Below, one piece after another: positions 9,429 to 19,565 of a DNA stretch of 64,000 nt. Position 1 is the stretch's first letter, and each line of letters begins with the position of its first letter. This stretch comes from Candidatus Latescibacterota bacterium (lineage in GTDB: Bacteria > Latescibacterota > UBA2968 > UBA8231): NCBI GenBank assembly GCA_965197905.1, contig CBDAOB010000005.1, positions 1,344,001-1,408,000 on the forward strand. Direction: 5' to 3'. Made by a program: the position numbers and the translations under genes. The notes below the pieces were generated by a model that did not search any database, was not told where the DNA came from, and saw nothing but the letters and a program-made list of their open reading frames with translations.

Positions 9429-11531
9429 TCATTTCTGTGTCCTCTGTCTATCTGTTGGCTCTTTGACATCCCCGCCGGCCATCACATTCAGGTCACTCAA
9501 CAGTCGTGGATACTCCTCCAGCGTTGCCGGCAGTTTCGCCATATCAAACATGCTGGCCTGGGTCGCCAGCTTCTCTGCCCACGTCGACAGTGGGACATAC
9601 CCAGACCTGTGTGCCTCTTCCTGCATCCGACTCGCGAACAGCTCGATGTCGTTGATCGTCAGTGTGGCACTGATCTCTGTCCACGTCTCCCTCTGCGATT
9701 CTACGAAACGAAGGAACTGGGGTAACTCAGCGCGTTCGGATACCGACAATTGGTCGGCAGACCAACTCGGTCCTGTCTCCGCGACTGTCGTCGCCATCTC
9801 GGCAGCTTGCTCGTGCGGCAGGAACTTCATCAGGGCAGCCACCAATCCGGCCCGGCTGACGGGCTTCGTGAGGAAGTCGTCACATATCTCCCGCAACTGT
9901 TCTTCCTCCTCCTTCATGGCCGAAGCTGTCACAGCAATAACAGGAACATGGGAAGATGCCGGGTCATCCTTCAGGTGCCGTGTCAATTTCATTCCGTCCA
10001 TCGCAGGCATCCGTAAATCCGTGAGGACTACGCTGGGAGCCTGGGCACGGACCGCATCGAGTGCCTCGTTCCCATCACCGGCCTCGACAACTTCGAACTC
10101 ATAATCGGAGAGATAGGTCTTAATCAGCAGCCGGTTATTTGGCACGTCGTCGACCACAAGAATCCTGGCCGGATCAAAGGATACCTCCGGTACGCTCTCG
10201 TCCGCACTGCAAGCGGCAACATCCGCCTCCGAAGCCACGGCGATTCCGTCGAGCACAATGGAGAAGGTGCTACCGACGCCCAACTGGCTGCTGAGAGTGA
10301 TGTCTCCCCCCATCATCTGGCACAAACGCTTCGAGATGGACAGCCCCAGCCCCGTGCCACCGAACTTTGCCGCGCTCTGGCCTTTGGTCTGTTCGAAGGC
10401 GCCAAAGACTTTACCCAGTTGATCGTCGGGGATTCCTATGCCGGTGTCGGTTACGTCGAAACGAAGATCGACCGCGTCATCACCCGAGGGTGATCCTGAG
10501 GCGATCAGTTTAACGTGTCCCTTGTCGGTGAACTTGATGGCATTGCCGATCAGATTGATCACGGACTGTCGCAGACGCAGCTCATCGAGCACAACACCAG
10601 CAGGGAAATCGTCGGTAACCTCAACGAGAAACTCGATCCCCTTCTCTTCGGCCTTCTGCACAAAGATCTGTGCCATATCCCGCGCGATCGCGGCCGCGTC
10701 ACACGGTCCGAACTCCAGTTCCAGTTTTCCGGCTTCCACCTTGGACAGATCGAGGATGTCGTTGATGAGTCCAAGAAGAGACTTACCGCTGGTTCTGATC
10801 GCATCGAGGAATTCTCGTTGCTGTCCCTCCCTTATGGAACTCGTAAGGATCTCCGAGAAACCGAGAATCGCGTTCATGGGTGTACGGATCTCGTGGGACA
10901 TGCTGGCGAGGAATACGCTCTTTGCCTGGTTCGCTTCTTCGGCAGCTGCTTTGGCTGTGGCCAGTTCATCCATCGTCTTCGTCAAGGCACCGATCAATTT
11001 CCCCAACGTGAACACTACAATGGTGCACAGAACCGCGAAGCCCAATACGGTCACGATCCATGCGAGGCTGGATCTGACATAGGTACTGGGTTCGACGACG
11101 AACGACATGTCACCCGCAACGACAAGGAAGGCGACGACGGCGATCGAAAGACCCCCCGTCACGGCGATAGCGATGCCGAGCCTCAGCCCGAAGAAGATCG
11201 TGGCAAGTATGGTGGTAAGGGCGATGGCACTGATGCCGACCGGGCCAAAGGAGGCCAGACCGCCGATGCCCAGAACGAGAAAGAGTGATGTCAGGAACAC
11301 GGTCTTGAGGGTGTGAGGCACCCGCTTGCGTAGGACAGCGATCGCTACAACGAACAGATAGGCGATCACATGCAGATACATGACTGGCTGCCAGCCGATC
11401 TCCGTCGACCGAGCCAGAGAAGCAACGACCGCAGGCAATGAAGAAACAGAAAGCACGATGTAGGCTACGTTGACGATCTTTTCCTGAATCGCCTGCAATC
11501 CACGATCACTCGGGATCATGCGGACCTCCAT
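9429..11531 (-). CDS. Membrane hybrid sensor histidine kinase/response regulator (cassette-borne)
   Basis: N-terminal TM helices, FLASMSHEIRTPMN, NAIKFT, GGTGLGL, REC domain (VVDD, TDLRMP, KP). Confidence 0.93.
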   Translation of the reverse strand: MEVRMIPSDRGLQAIQEKIVNVAYIVLSVSSLPAVVASLARSTEIGWQPVMYLHVIAYLFVVAIAVLRKRVPHTLKTVFLTSLFLVLGIGGLASFGPVGISAIALTTILATIFFGLRLGIAIAVTGGLSIAVVAFLVVAGDMSFVVEPSTYVRSSLAWIVTVLGFAVLCTIVVFTLGKLIGALTKTMDELATAKAAAEEANQAKSVFLASMSHEIRTPMNAILGFSEILTSSIREGQQREFLDAIRTSGKSLLGLINDILDLSKVEAGKLELEFGPCDAAAIARDMAQIFVQKAEEKGIEFLVEVTDDFPAGVVLDELRLRQSVINLIGNAIKFTDKGHVKLIASGSPSGDDAVDLRFDVTDTGIGIPDDQLGKVFGAFEQTKGQSAAKFGGTGLGLSISKRLCQMMGGDITLSSQLGVGSTFSIVLDGIAVASEADVAACSADESVPEVSFDPARILVVDDVPNNRLLIKTYLSDYEFEVVEAGDGNEALDAVRAQAPSVVLTDLRMPAMDGMKLTRHLKDDPASSHVPVIAVTASAMKEEEEQLREICDDFLTKPVSRAGLVAALMKFLPHEQAAEMATTVAETGPSWSADQLSVSERAELPQFLRFVESQRETWTEISATLTINDIELFASRMQEEAHRSGYVPLSTWAEKLATQASMFDMAKLPATLEEYPRLLSDLNVMAGGDVKEPTDRQRTQK

Positions 11532-11722
11532 TCATCGATTAAAACGTGCAAGGCCCGCTCATTTGCCCATTCTTCCTCCCAATTGGCCCCAACACTGGCA
11601 GCCGGTGGGCGTATCCGACGTCAGGTACTGCTTCGAGCATGTCCACACCCTGATTGCTTTTCAGTGGTCGCTATGACCATTTCCGGTATCTGCATAGAGA
11701 CAGTAAGGCGGTGCCTGTGACC

Positions 11723-11848
11723 GCATAACACAGGGCTGACCTGCGGGCGGAGCTGGCGGCACTCAGTCACGCCAATCCAGCCCGGCGAATAGGCAATCCA
11801 ACTAGCTGGGCCAGCAGTGAAGTCCGTCAGGTCCAGCGCATGTTATAC
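11723..11848 (-). other. attC site (126 bp)
   Basis: Minus: GTATAAC ATGCGCTGGACCTGACGG ... CCGCAGGTCAGCCCTGT GTTATGC; the higA TAA lies inside R''. Confidence 0.92.
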
Positions 11849-12136
11849 AGTGGTAACATCCACCTTCTTGACCTTCTTGAGATTTACGCTTCTACGTGCG
11901 TGCCAAAGATCGTACTGGTCCTGCATACTCAGCCAACTCTCGGGTGAACGACCTAAGCCCTTCGATAATCGCAGTGCCATCTCTGGTGACACGTTGCTCT
12001 GCCCGTTCAACAGGCGATTCAGTGTAGACGGCGATACGCCCAGGCTATTTGCAACCTTCCGTACACTAATGTCATAAGGGGTTAGGTAGATCTCTCGAAT
12101 AAACTCACCCGGATGCGGCGGATTGTGCATTCTCAT
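11843..12136 (-). CDS. higA: HigA antitoxin
   Basis: MHNPPHPGEFI..SPEMALRLSK..SPESWL.MQ..YDLW. Confidence 0.93.
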   Translation of the reverse strand: MRMHNPPHPGEFIREIYLTPYDISVRKVANSLGVSPSTLNRLLNGQSNVSPEMALRLSKGLGRSPESWLSMQDQYDLWHARRSVNLKKVKKVDVTTV

Positions 12137-12414
12137 CAGTGATAATCCTCGTAGTTGACTACGTAAGCATTGCCTTCGCGAAACTCGAACGTGAGGCGCC
12201 AATTTCCGCTCACAGTGATTGCCCAGAGGCCCTTGCGGGCTCCTCTAAGCCTATGGAGACGAAACCCTGGAATATCCATGTCATCAATCCGTGCAGCTGT
12301 ATCCAGCGCCACCAGTTGTAGTCGCAGACGCTTTCGATGAGCGGATTGAATCCCCGCCGCGTTCCCAGTTTCGTAGAAGCGTCGTAATCCCCTATGCCTA
12401 AAGGAGTTGATCAT
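12136..12414 (-). CDS. higB: HigB (RelE-like) toxin
   Basis: MINSFRHRGLRRFYETG..FRLH.L.G..WAITVSGNWRLTF..YEDYH; stop overlaps the higA start. Confidence 0.93.
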   Translation of the reverse strand: MINSFRHRGLRRFYETGNAAGIQSAHRKRLRLQLVALDTAARIDDMDIPGFRLHRLRGARKGLWAITVSGNWRLTFEFREGNAYVVNYEDYH

Positions 12415-12421
12415 TTCATGA

Positions 12422-12450
12422 AATATAGCATGTTGCGCATCGCGCTACAA
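12422..12450 (-). promoter_or_regulatory. higBA sigma70 promoter with overlapping operator palindrome
   Basis: TTGTAG-17 nt-TATATT, overlapped by TGTAGCGC-GAT-GCGCAACA. Confidence 0.7.
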
Positions 12451-12466
12451 GACTCCGCCCTCGCCC

Positions 12467-12593
12467 GTATAACGAAAGAATCACCTGCGGGGAGCGTCAC
12501 CGATCGCTCTTCCACTCGCTGATCCAACCCGGCGAAACAGCCACTCGGTCAAGTACCATTACAAGATGCCGTCAAGTAAATTCTCTGTTATAG
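12467..12593 (-). other. attC site (127 bp)
   Basis: Minus: CTATAAC AGAGAATTTACTTGACGG ... CCGCAGGTGATTCTTTC GTTATAC. Confidence 0.85.
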
Positions 12594-12651
12594 GTAACTC
12601 TTTTGCTCAGTTTGTCCTCGCGTCCAGCATCACTGCGGAGGCCAAGCGTAT

Positions 12652-13209
12652 TTATAAGCCTTGGACAACCCGCTGTTCCCAGGGCCTCCTGATGAGCGTG
12701 TACCAAAGCCGATCTTCTGACCGTCGCTCTAGAAGGAAACCGCACTTTTCCATGACTCGCATGGATGTCACGTTGTCCGATTTACAGGAAGCTGAAAACG
12801 CCGCTATGTTTTTGCTCAGAAAAGCGGCCTCAATCATCGCCCTGACGGCCTCGGTTGCGTAACCGTTGCCCCAGAACTTTCTCCGCAGAAACCAACCACA
12901 GCCCCCATGTTGTGGACGTGTAATTGTGTACCCTACGTCACCAATCATCTCCTGCGTATCGTTTAGTACGACTGCGAAGAAATACCGAACCCGCGGTTCA
13001 GAATTCTGTTGGTCGATAGCATCCCGCAAGCTAGCTTCTGCCTCTGGACGGGTTCTAGGCAGCCAAGACACGTGCTTAGCCACATCAGGGTCAGTTTGCC
13101 AATCAACGTAGGAACCGATATCGTTGGCTGTGTGCTCGCGGATGTGGACTCGTTCGCCTATCATTGGCTCCGGATCGCGTTGCGAGCGCTCATTCTGTCG
13201 ATGTTTCAA
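12652..13209 (-). CDS. RimJ/RimL-type GNAT acetyltransferase (cassette-borne)
   Basis: GWFL..FWGNGYATEA..N..S.RVMEKCGF. Confidence 0.9.
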   Translation of the reverse strand: MKHRQNERSQRDPEPMIGERVHIREHTANDIGSYVDWQTDPDVAKHVSWLPRTRPEAEASLRDAIDQQNSEPRVRYFFAVVLNDTQEMIGDVGYTITRPQHGGCGWFLRRKFWGNGYATEAVRAMIEAAFLSKNIAAFSASCKSDNVTSMRVMEKCGFLLERRSEDRLWYTLIRRPWEQRVVQGL

Positions 13210-13216
13210 TTCCTAC

Positions 13217-13343
13217 GTATAACACAGGCATCACCCGCGGGCGGCATAATTGACCAGCTCAGCAGACACGATTAATCCCGGCGAAATACTAATCCGGTAA
13301 AGATTCACCGGTAAGAGTCCGTCAGGTGCATGCCATGTTAGGC
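13217..13343 (-). other. attC site (127 bp)
   Basis: Minus: GCCTAAC ATGGCATGCACCTGACGG ... CCGCGGGTGATGCCTGT GTTATAC. Confidence 0.92.
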
Positions 13344-13351
13344 TACAGGCT

Positions 13352-14595
13352 CTATCCTATCTTCTTAAGGAGATCGTTGAGCCCCGGATCAGAGTGCCGC
13401 ACCCGAAAGTGCTCCTGTCCCTCCGCGGGAACTGTCTCGATGACGACATCTCTCATTCCTCGCACTCCGTGGCCATCGCGGTAGACATCAGCAGAGTCAA
13501 ATGGCTGCTCCTTGACGATGAACGCGAGCCTGGTCAAATCCGCGGTTTGAAAATCGATGTACTCCGACTTCGCGTCGAGCCACTTGATCGGAAGACAGTC
13601 GTGACGATGTCCCTTCTCTATGACCAACCAGTCTCCCTCTGGCATCCCCGGAGCTGGAGGCACCGGCGATGAAGTCATCGAGTACAGAGACCGGACCTCC
13701 TTCACTTCAGGTCTCTGGGCGAGGATAGCCTTTGCCAGCGCGAAGTCATTACCAGATGCGTACAAGAACCTGCTGGAGCGTAACGTCTGGAGCTCATTAA
13801 GAGCCCTGCAGTAGTTCTCGTCGACAAGAAGAGGCGTGCCATCGTGGATACTCTGGTGTAGGCGGCACATGAAGGGATCTGACGGCGCCGGTCTCGGATG
13901 GGCGTCATCGATAGCCTCCGCCAAGATCTCTCGCACACTTGGGCAGTACAGGGCCAGACAGAGCCGCGGGGATATCGGGTAGTAGATCTCTGTTCCCGGG
14001 GCATCCAGGCCCAATCTCCCATATGGAAACGTATTGTGCATCACCACTGGGTTGTCCGAAACCCACAAGCTGGCTGACTCGAAATGAGGAGGACGGGATC
14101 CTTGCGCCGCATTATCTCGGCAAACCTGTCCAACTCGAAGAGCTGACCGAGGGAGATTCGCCGAGCGTCGGCGTCATCAATCACACGCGTCGGCTCGAAC
14201 TCAAGAGACTCCATCCACTCAGAGAGTTGCTTGGAGAACTCTATGGGCGAAGTTCTGATGATTCTAGTCCTAACCAGCTGGCACGCCAGGAGGACTGGGA
14301 GGTCTCGAAGGACATCTTCACTTACGCCGAGGAGTGTCCGGGTTTCGGTAAGTGCTCTGATTGCGGCGGCGAGTCGGCTGTCGATCTCCTGAAAGAGAAA
14401 TTCGTAGTTGATCTCCCGCTGTCCGATGATTACCCGATTGAAGTCGCGTTCAGCTGCCGCATCGCCGACGGCCACTTTGAACTGCTGGGCTGTCTTCTTG
14501 TCAAAGGCGAATACCTGATCCCCCCCGGGAACGAGGGCAAAGTTCCGGAGTACTGCCCGCGGAACGTAGTGGTGTTTTCTAGCCTCCTGAGGCAC
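13352..14595 (-). pseudogene. DUF4238-like protein, frameshifted near 14065 (cassette-borne)
   Basis: KHHYVPR..LRNF in one frame; SDNPVV and YYPISPRLCL in the overlapping frame. Confidence 0.75.
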
Positions 14596-14608
14596 TATCT
14601 CTCACGTC

Positions 14609-14728
14609 GCCTAACACAGTGATGAGCCGCGCAGACTCACCGCAAGCCCAGAAACACAGAATGGGCAGGTGAACGCGCTCAAGATCTCAAGATCACTGTC
14701 CGATCGTCGGCTCGATCACATGTTATGC
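14609..14728 (-). other. attC site (120 bp)
   Basis: Minus: GCATAAC ATGTGATCGAGCCGACG ... CGCGGCTCATCACTGT GTTAGGC. Confidence 0.9.
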
Positions 14729-14856
14729 ATTTCCAATGGTACAATCCGTTTCAGGAAATTTTCACTTACCGATCAGTATCCGGACACAACGAGTAGCTGT
14801 GGCCACCTATGCTGCTGCATCGGCCATACCTTCACCAGGGGCCGGACGCGCGGCCG

Positions 14857-16923
14857 CTACCTTCCGAGCACTCCTTCCAGCGTCGGCACCTGACCTGCGC
14901 CTACCGGCACCGTGATGCTCGAGCCTTCGAAGTCATCCCCGATCGGCTCATATCGACCGCCGAGGTGCTCGGCCAGGAAGATCTCCGTCACCGCGTTGAA
15001 AGACAAGCGGTTCTCGGGCCTTGCGAAGCCGTGGCCCTCATCCGGGTAGATGACGTACGTAACTGGAATTCCTTTCTCCTGCATGGCGTCGACGATCTGG
15101 TCTGATTCGCTCTGCTTGACGCGCGGATCATTCGCTCCCTGACCGATCAGCAGGGGCTTCTGTATTCTCTCGACATAGGTCAGTGGCGAACGGGCCCTGA
15201 GGAACTCCCGCCCCTCCTCGGTGCGATGGTCCCCTACGCGAGTAGTGAAAAGGTTGATCATCGGCTCCCAGTAGGGAGGGATCGTCTCGAGGAGCGTCCG
15301 AAGATTGGACGGCCCCACGATATCAACGCCGCAGGCGAAGACGTCGGGTGTGAAGGTGACACCCACTAGGGTGGCGTACCCTCCGTAACTTCCCCCCATG
15401 ATCGCGATTCGCTCTACGTCAGCGATCTTCTCATCGATCAACCACTGCACGGCGTCGATCAGGTCGTCGTGCATCTTTCCCGCCCACTCGAGGTTGCTGG
15501 CGTTGATGAATTGTTTACCGAGGCCCGTGGAGCCGCGGTAGTTGACACTCAGCACCGCGTAACCGCGGCTGGCAAGCCACTGATGACGCGAGTGATAGCC
15601 CCATGAGTCTCGTCCCCAAGGGCCTCCGTGGACGAAGAGGACGGTGGGTAGTGGCGTCTGGGAGCGGCCGTCACGCTCCGGATCGGTCCAGGACGGGAGC
15701 GTCAGATAGCTGACCAGATCGAGTCCGTCGCGGGATTTGATGACGACCGGGTGCATGCTCGAGAGTGCCACCCCGACCAGTTCCTCCCGGTTAGTGAATA
15801 GAAACACCGCCTGCCGCTTGGCGCGATCGTAGAGGAAATAGCGAACTGGACCATCGTCGACGACGAACGAGATCGTCCAGGCATCGTCGTCGAGCGACCG
15901 GCTCGTCACTTTCATGTCTCCGTCAGCTAGGGTCTCCAGATAGTCGATATCGCTACGAATGGACTCGTCGAGGAGCGTCCACTCGATGCGTGTATAGTTG
16001 CTCGAAGCGGCCTGGATCGTCTTTTCTGTCGGATGTATCATGATGCCGTCTATATCTGCCCGGGGATCGGTGAAGACCACTTCCTTGTCCCCGGTCCGTA
16101 GATCGACCGCCGTCAGCGCGGCCGTGTTCCGTCCGCGGCTGTCGATCATGTAGAGCACCTGCCCACTCTTGTCGAAGGCGACCGGCCACGTCGTGAGCAC
16201 ATCCTCCATCGGAATCTTGTCGAACGAAACCCATCCGTCGCTGCCATCCGGCGTGAAGATCTCGTTGCCTCCCTCTGGCGTCATCTGCAGGGCATAGCGG
16301 ATGTTGTAGTCATCGTCGGTCTGGAAGCCGAGGAAGCGATCGTTCTGCTGGATCAGCTCCATGTCGCCGGTCAAGATGTTCAGGCGGTAGAGATCATGAA
16401 AACGCGGATTGCGTTTGTTCAATCCGATCAAGATCTCGTCGGCAAACTTGTGACTGACCTCCTGGATCTGAGCCGTCGGCCTCATCTTGTCGCCGCTCGG
16501 GAGGGTCATAGTCTCGCCATCTGGCCCGATGATCTCCTCGAACGGGGTCAGGTTTCGGTCTACCTTCGACTTGACATCGACTGCGTGCACCTGCCAGTTC
16601 TCATCCCCTCCCAGATCCTGCAAATAGAGGATGTGGTCGTTGGTGTGCGCCCAGAAGTATGTGCGAATGCCCCGCAATGTATCCTTCGTCACTGAGACGG
16701 CTTCCCCTGGATTGTTGGCATTTGCCACCCATACGTTCATCACACCGTCCAGCGGCGCCAGATAGCTGACCCTGATGCCGTCCGGGCTGATCTTCAGCGA
16801 AGTCCGGTCCGGGTTACCGAAGAGAATCTGGCGGCTGATCAGCGGCGTGCTCTCGTCAGCTGTGGCTCCACGCAGAGCGGTCCCAAGGACGAAGAGAAGG
16901 AAAGTGGAGATAGCTATGCGCAT
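14857..16923 (-). CDS. Secreted S9 family peptidase (cassette-borne)
   Basis: Signal peptide, VHGGPW, GGSYGG, GANDPRV, DEGHG. Confidence 0.93.
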   Translation of the reverse strand: MRIAISTFLLFVLGTALRGATADESTPLISRQILFGNPDRTSLKISPDGIRVSYLAPLDGVMNVWVANANNPGEAVSVTKDTLRGIRTYFWAHTNDHILYLQDLGGDENWQVHAVDVKSKVDRNLTPFEEIIGPDGETMTLPSGDKMRPTAQIQEVSHKFADEILIGLNKRNPRFHDLYRLNILTGDMELIQQNDRFLGFQTDDDYNIRYALQMTPEGGNEIFTPDGSDGWVSFDKIPMEDVLTTWPVAFDKSGQVLYMIDSRGRNTAALTAVDLRTGDKEVVFTDPRADIDGIMIHPTEKTIQAASSNYTRIEWTLLDESIRSDIDYLETLADGDMKVTSRSLDDDAWTISFVVDDGPVRYFLYDRAKRQAVFLFTNREELVGVALSSMHPVVIKSRDGLDLVSYLTLPSWTDPERDGRSQTPLPTVLFVHGGPWGRDSWGYHSRHQWLASRGYAVLSVNYRGSTGLGKQFINASNLEWAGKMHDDLIDAVQWLIDEKIADVERIAIMGGSYGGYATLVGVTFTPDVFACGVDIVGPSNLRTLLETIPPYWEPMINLFTTRVGDHRTEEGREFLRARSPLTYVERIQKPLLIGQGANDPRVKQSESDQIVDAMQEKGIPVTYVIYPDEGHGFARPENRLSFNAVTEIFLAEHLGGRYEPIGDDFEGSSITVPVGAGQVPTLEGVLGR

Positions 16924-17045
16924 TGCATCCTCCGGTGGAAAAGAGTGTATGAGCCCGAGCACTCGGCTGACCTGCTGTGCACGGAGTCTCCCTGTTGTGG
17001 ATATGGCCCCAGGCGCTATCTGAAGTCGGCCTCCGTAATCTCAAC

Positions 17046-17170
17046 GGATAACGCGGGCATGACCTGAGGCCAGGGCCGTGTACCCCTGAACAGCATCCAA
17101 TGGCCCGGCAAATCACTATCGGGGCGCCCGTTCTACCGCTAGAGTCCATCAGGTCAATGCCTTGTTATAC
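17046..17170 (-). other. attC site (125 bp)
   Basis: Minus: GTATAAC AAGGCATTGACCTGATGG ... CCTCAGGTCATGCCCGC GTTATCC. Confidence 0.88.
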
Positions 17171-17308
17171 GAATCCTGAGCTAATTTATCCGTCCGAAGT
17201 ACTGTTCAGGTACGGTCTAGCGATGAACACAAGTCAATCAAGACCCGTTCAACCAAGACAGAAATGTCCAAAACCAAGTGACTTCCAGTATAGGGCACCA
17301 TTCATCCG

Positions 17309-18271
17309 TCAGTTCGCAATGGATCTTTGAATCTCGCCCTCTATGATGTCACGGTGATTGTAGAACCAATCCATGTGTTCCAAGACAGGGACTTCGTCTT
17401 TGATCTCCCTCTCGTCAGGAAAGCAGGAGGCCAACATACATAACCAGAGATGATCTCGCTCAAGTGAAGAGAATGGGTTCGCCAAGTGGTATTCCCCCAG
17501 GAATCTCCCAAAGTGAGAAAGCCAATATCGGCGTTGGTCATCTTGATCGCCTCCGATTGGGAGTCCATTGCGCCCTTTGTATCGGACCATCGACGTCAGC
17601 GCTGTGACAACATCCAATAGTCTCTGTCCGTGGCAAATGTGATCGCAATCGATGAACCCTCGGAACTGATCGCCTACCAATCTGACATTGCCTCTGTGAA
17701 CGTCCAGAAAGATGACCTGAACGGGCAGTTGATCCGAAAGACGTTGCAATGGGCTTTCAAGCAACTGAAGAGTCCTCTCAACCTTAGACAGATCACCATC
17801 CGACAGGTACGGCAACCATTGCGGCGCATACTCCTCAAACACCATCGTGTGCATGTCTTCTTTCCATGTATTTACCGGTCCGTCAAACCCACGTAGGCAA
17901 GCGTGTAACCTGGCGTAGGCTCTCCCGAGGCTTCGGTAGGCTCCTGCTGACTCTGGTGCATAGAAGTCAGTCTCATCCCCTTCGATGTAGGGCATCAGAA
18001 CGAATACGCTCTCGCTAGATTGTGTGTAGAAGGAACCTTCAATTGTTGCCAGAAGATACGCGATGGGAAGCCCGGCCTCGTGCACATGTCGGGTCACCCT
18101 GAACTGCGCTTCAGTTCGCGCCAGCACCTCTGGCGTACCGACGTTCTTGAGAACGTAATGCTCTCCGTCACGGGTGTGAACGTGATAAATATCCGGCACT
18201 CCATCCAGCTCGACTGAAGAGGCTTCTAACGCCCATGCAGACAGGGATTCCTCAACCTCTTTTGTCACCAT
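17309..18271 (-). CDS. APH / type II homoserine kinase-like phosphotransferase (cassette-borne)
   Basis: YVLK, LGRAYARLH, DVHRGNV and FIDCD motifs. Confidence 0.8.
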   Translation of the reverse strand: MVTKEVEESLSAWALEASSVELDGVPDIYHVHTRDGEHYVLKNVGTPEVLARTEAQFRVTRHVHEAGLPIAYLLATIEGSFYTQSSESVFVLMPYIEGDETDFYAPESAGAYRSLGRAYARLHACLRGFDGPVNTWKEDMHTMVFEEYAPQWLPYLSDGDLSKVERTLQLLESPLQRLSDQLPVQVIFLDVHRGNVRLVGDQFRGFIDCDHICHGQRLLDVVTALTSMVRYKGRNGLPIGGDQDDQRRYWLSHFGRFLGEYHLANPFSSLERDHLWLCMLASCFPDEREIKDEVPVLEHMDWFYNHRDIIEGEIQRSIAN

Positions 18272-18305
18272 CTTTCACCTGACCAGCGAATCCTTCGCAT
18301 TTGGC

Positions 18306-18425
18306 GTATAACGCAGTGTTCAGCTGCGGACAGTCGCACCGATTGCCTCGGTCATCCGATGGGAAAGGCGAAACACCGTCAACTCAGAGTCACCGATCCT
18401 CCGCCAGCTGCAACACATGTTATCG
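18306..18425 (-). other. attC site (120 bp)
   Basis: Minus: CGATAAC ATGTGTTGCAGCTGGCGG ... CCGCAGCTGAACACTGC GTTATAC. Confidence 0.9.
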
Positions 18426-18478
18426 AATCGACCAGCCCTTCTTGTCATCGCCGGGCCATTGGTTCGGCGATGACAGGC

Positions 18479-19378
18479 CTACTTGAGCAGTGCCCGGAGA
18501 CGAACCGTAGCTGCCTTGTTCAGTCCTTTGCCCCGCTTGGTCTGATGTAGCGGTTTGGGTCTAGAGCCATCCTCATCATCAAAATCGTACTCTTTGGCCA
18601 ACTCACCGACAAACAGGATCTGGCCGCTCTTCTTTTTCACCTTGGCATCTGATGCAAGAGCTACAACAGCGCGGCCAACATACCACGGTGACTCTGTGTC
18701 TGTCATGGGTGAGTTGAACCGCATGACCCCCTCGGTGCGCACATAGCCGGGCCACAGGGACACACAACTCACGTCGCTGCTGCGCAGGTCTCGAGCCATG
18801 TCATTCGTCATTTTGTCCACACACAGCTTGGCCGACTGGTAGGCTACACCACCTTGACCGTGGCTGAAACTGTAGAAGGAAATGTTCACGATCAGTCCGT
18901 CTTGGGCTCTCAGCATCAAGGGAACGGCCAGAGAAGTCGCGATGTAACAAGAACGAACTCCCACCTCGAAGACCTCATCCCACTCGCGAACCGGCCTCTC
19001 CCAGAATCGGCCTTGGTAGAACTCGTTTCGGTGAAGGGGCTCATATCCGCCCCACGCATTGTTGACCATGACATCAAGTCGGCCGTACTCGCGGTCGATC
19101 CGATCAAAAACCCTTCGGACTTGGGTGTCACGACGATGGTCGCATCTGCAAACGATGGCCTTGCCGCCGAGAGCCTCGATCTCAGAGGCTGTCGACTGCA
19201 GCGAGCCCCGGAGCGCGACGGGGCCGCTTCCTTCCTTCAACGTTCGTCCCGTCAGATAGACCACGGCTCCAGCTTGGCCGAGAGCCAAGGCGATGCCACG
19301 ACCTACGCCTCTACTGGCGCCGGTTACCAGAGCAATCATACGAGATAGAGATGGGTCCGAGTCGGTCAACATTGCCAC
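18479..19378 (-). CDS. SDR oxidoreductase, DHRS1-like (cassette-borne)
   Basis: VTGASRGVGRG, NNAWGG, YQSAK, SLWPG. Confidence 0.92.
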   Translation of the reverse strand: MAMLTDSDPSLSRMIALVTGASRGVGRGIALALGQAGAVVYLTGRTLKEGSGPVALRGSLQSTASEIEALGGKAIVCRCDHRRDTQVRRVFDRIDREYGRLDVMVNNAWGGYEPLHRNEFYQGRFWERPVREWDEVFEVGVRSCYIATSLAVPLMLRAQDGLIVNISFYSFSHGQGGVAYQSAKLCVDKMTNDMARDLRSSDVSCVSLWPGYVRTEGVMRFNSPMTDTESPWYVGRAVVALASDAKVKKKSGQILFVGELAKEYDFDDEDGSRPKPLHQTKRGKGLNKAATVRLRALLK

Positions 19379-19414
19379 GATCTTGATTCGTCAGGTCTTC
19401 CTACGCGTTCTCAT

Positions 19415-19536
19415 CGATAACGCAAAGATGAGCCGCGACCAGACTCGCCGTTTGCGTTGATTAACCTAATCAGATTTGCGAATCACAGTCCACCGAGATC
19501 CACCGTTGGAATCGTCGGTTCCATCTTATGTTATCA
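19415..19536 (-). other. attC site (122 bp)
   Basis: Minus: TGATAAC ATAAGATGGAACCGACG ... CGCGGCTCATCTTTGC GTTATCG. Confidence 0.87.
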
Positions 19537-19565
19537 CTCACGATCCGATTTTCGGGCATCTCTGA

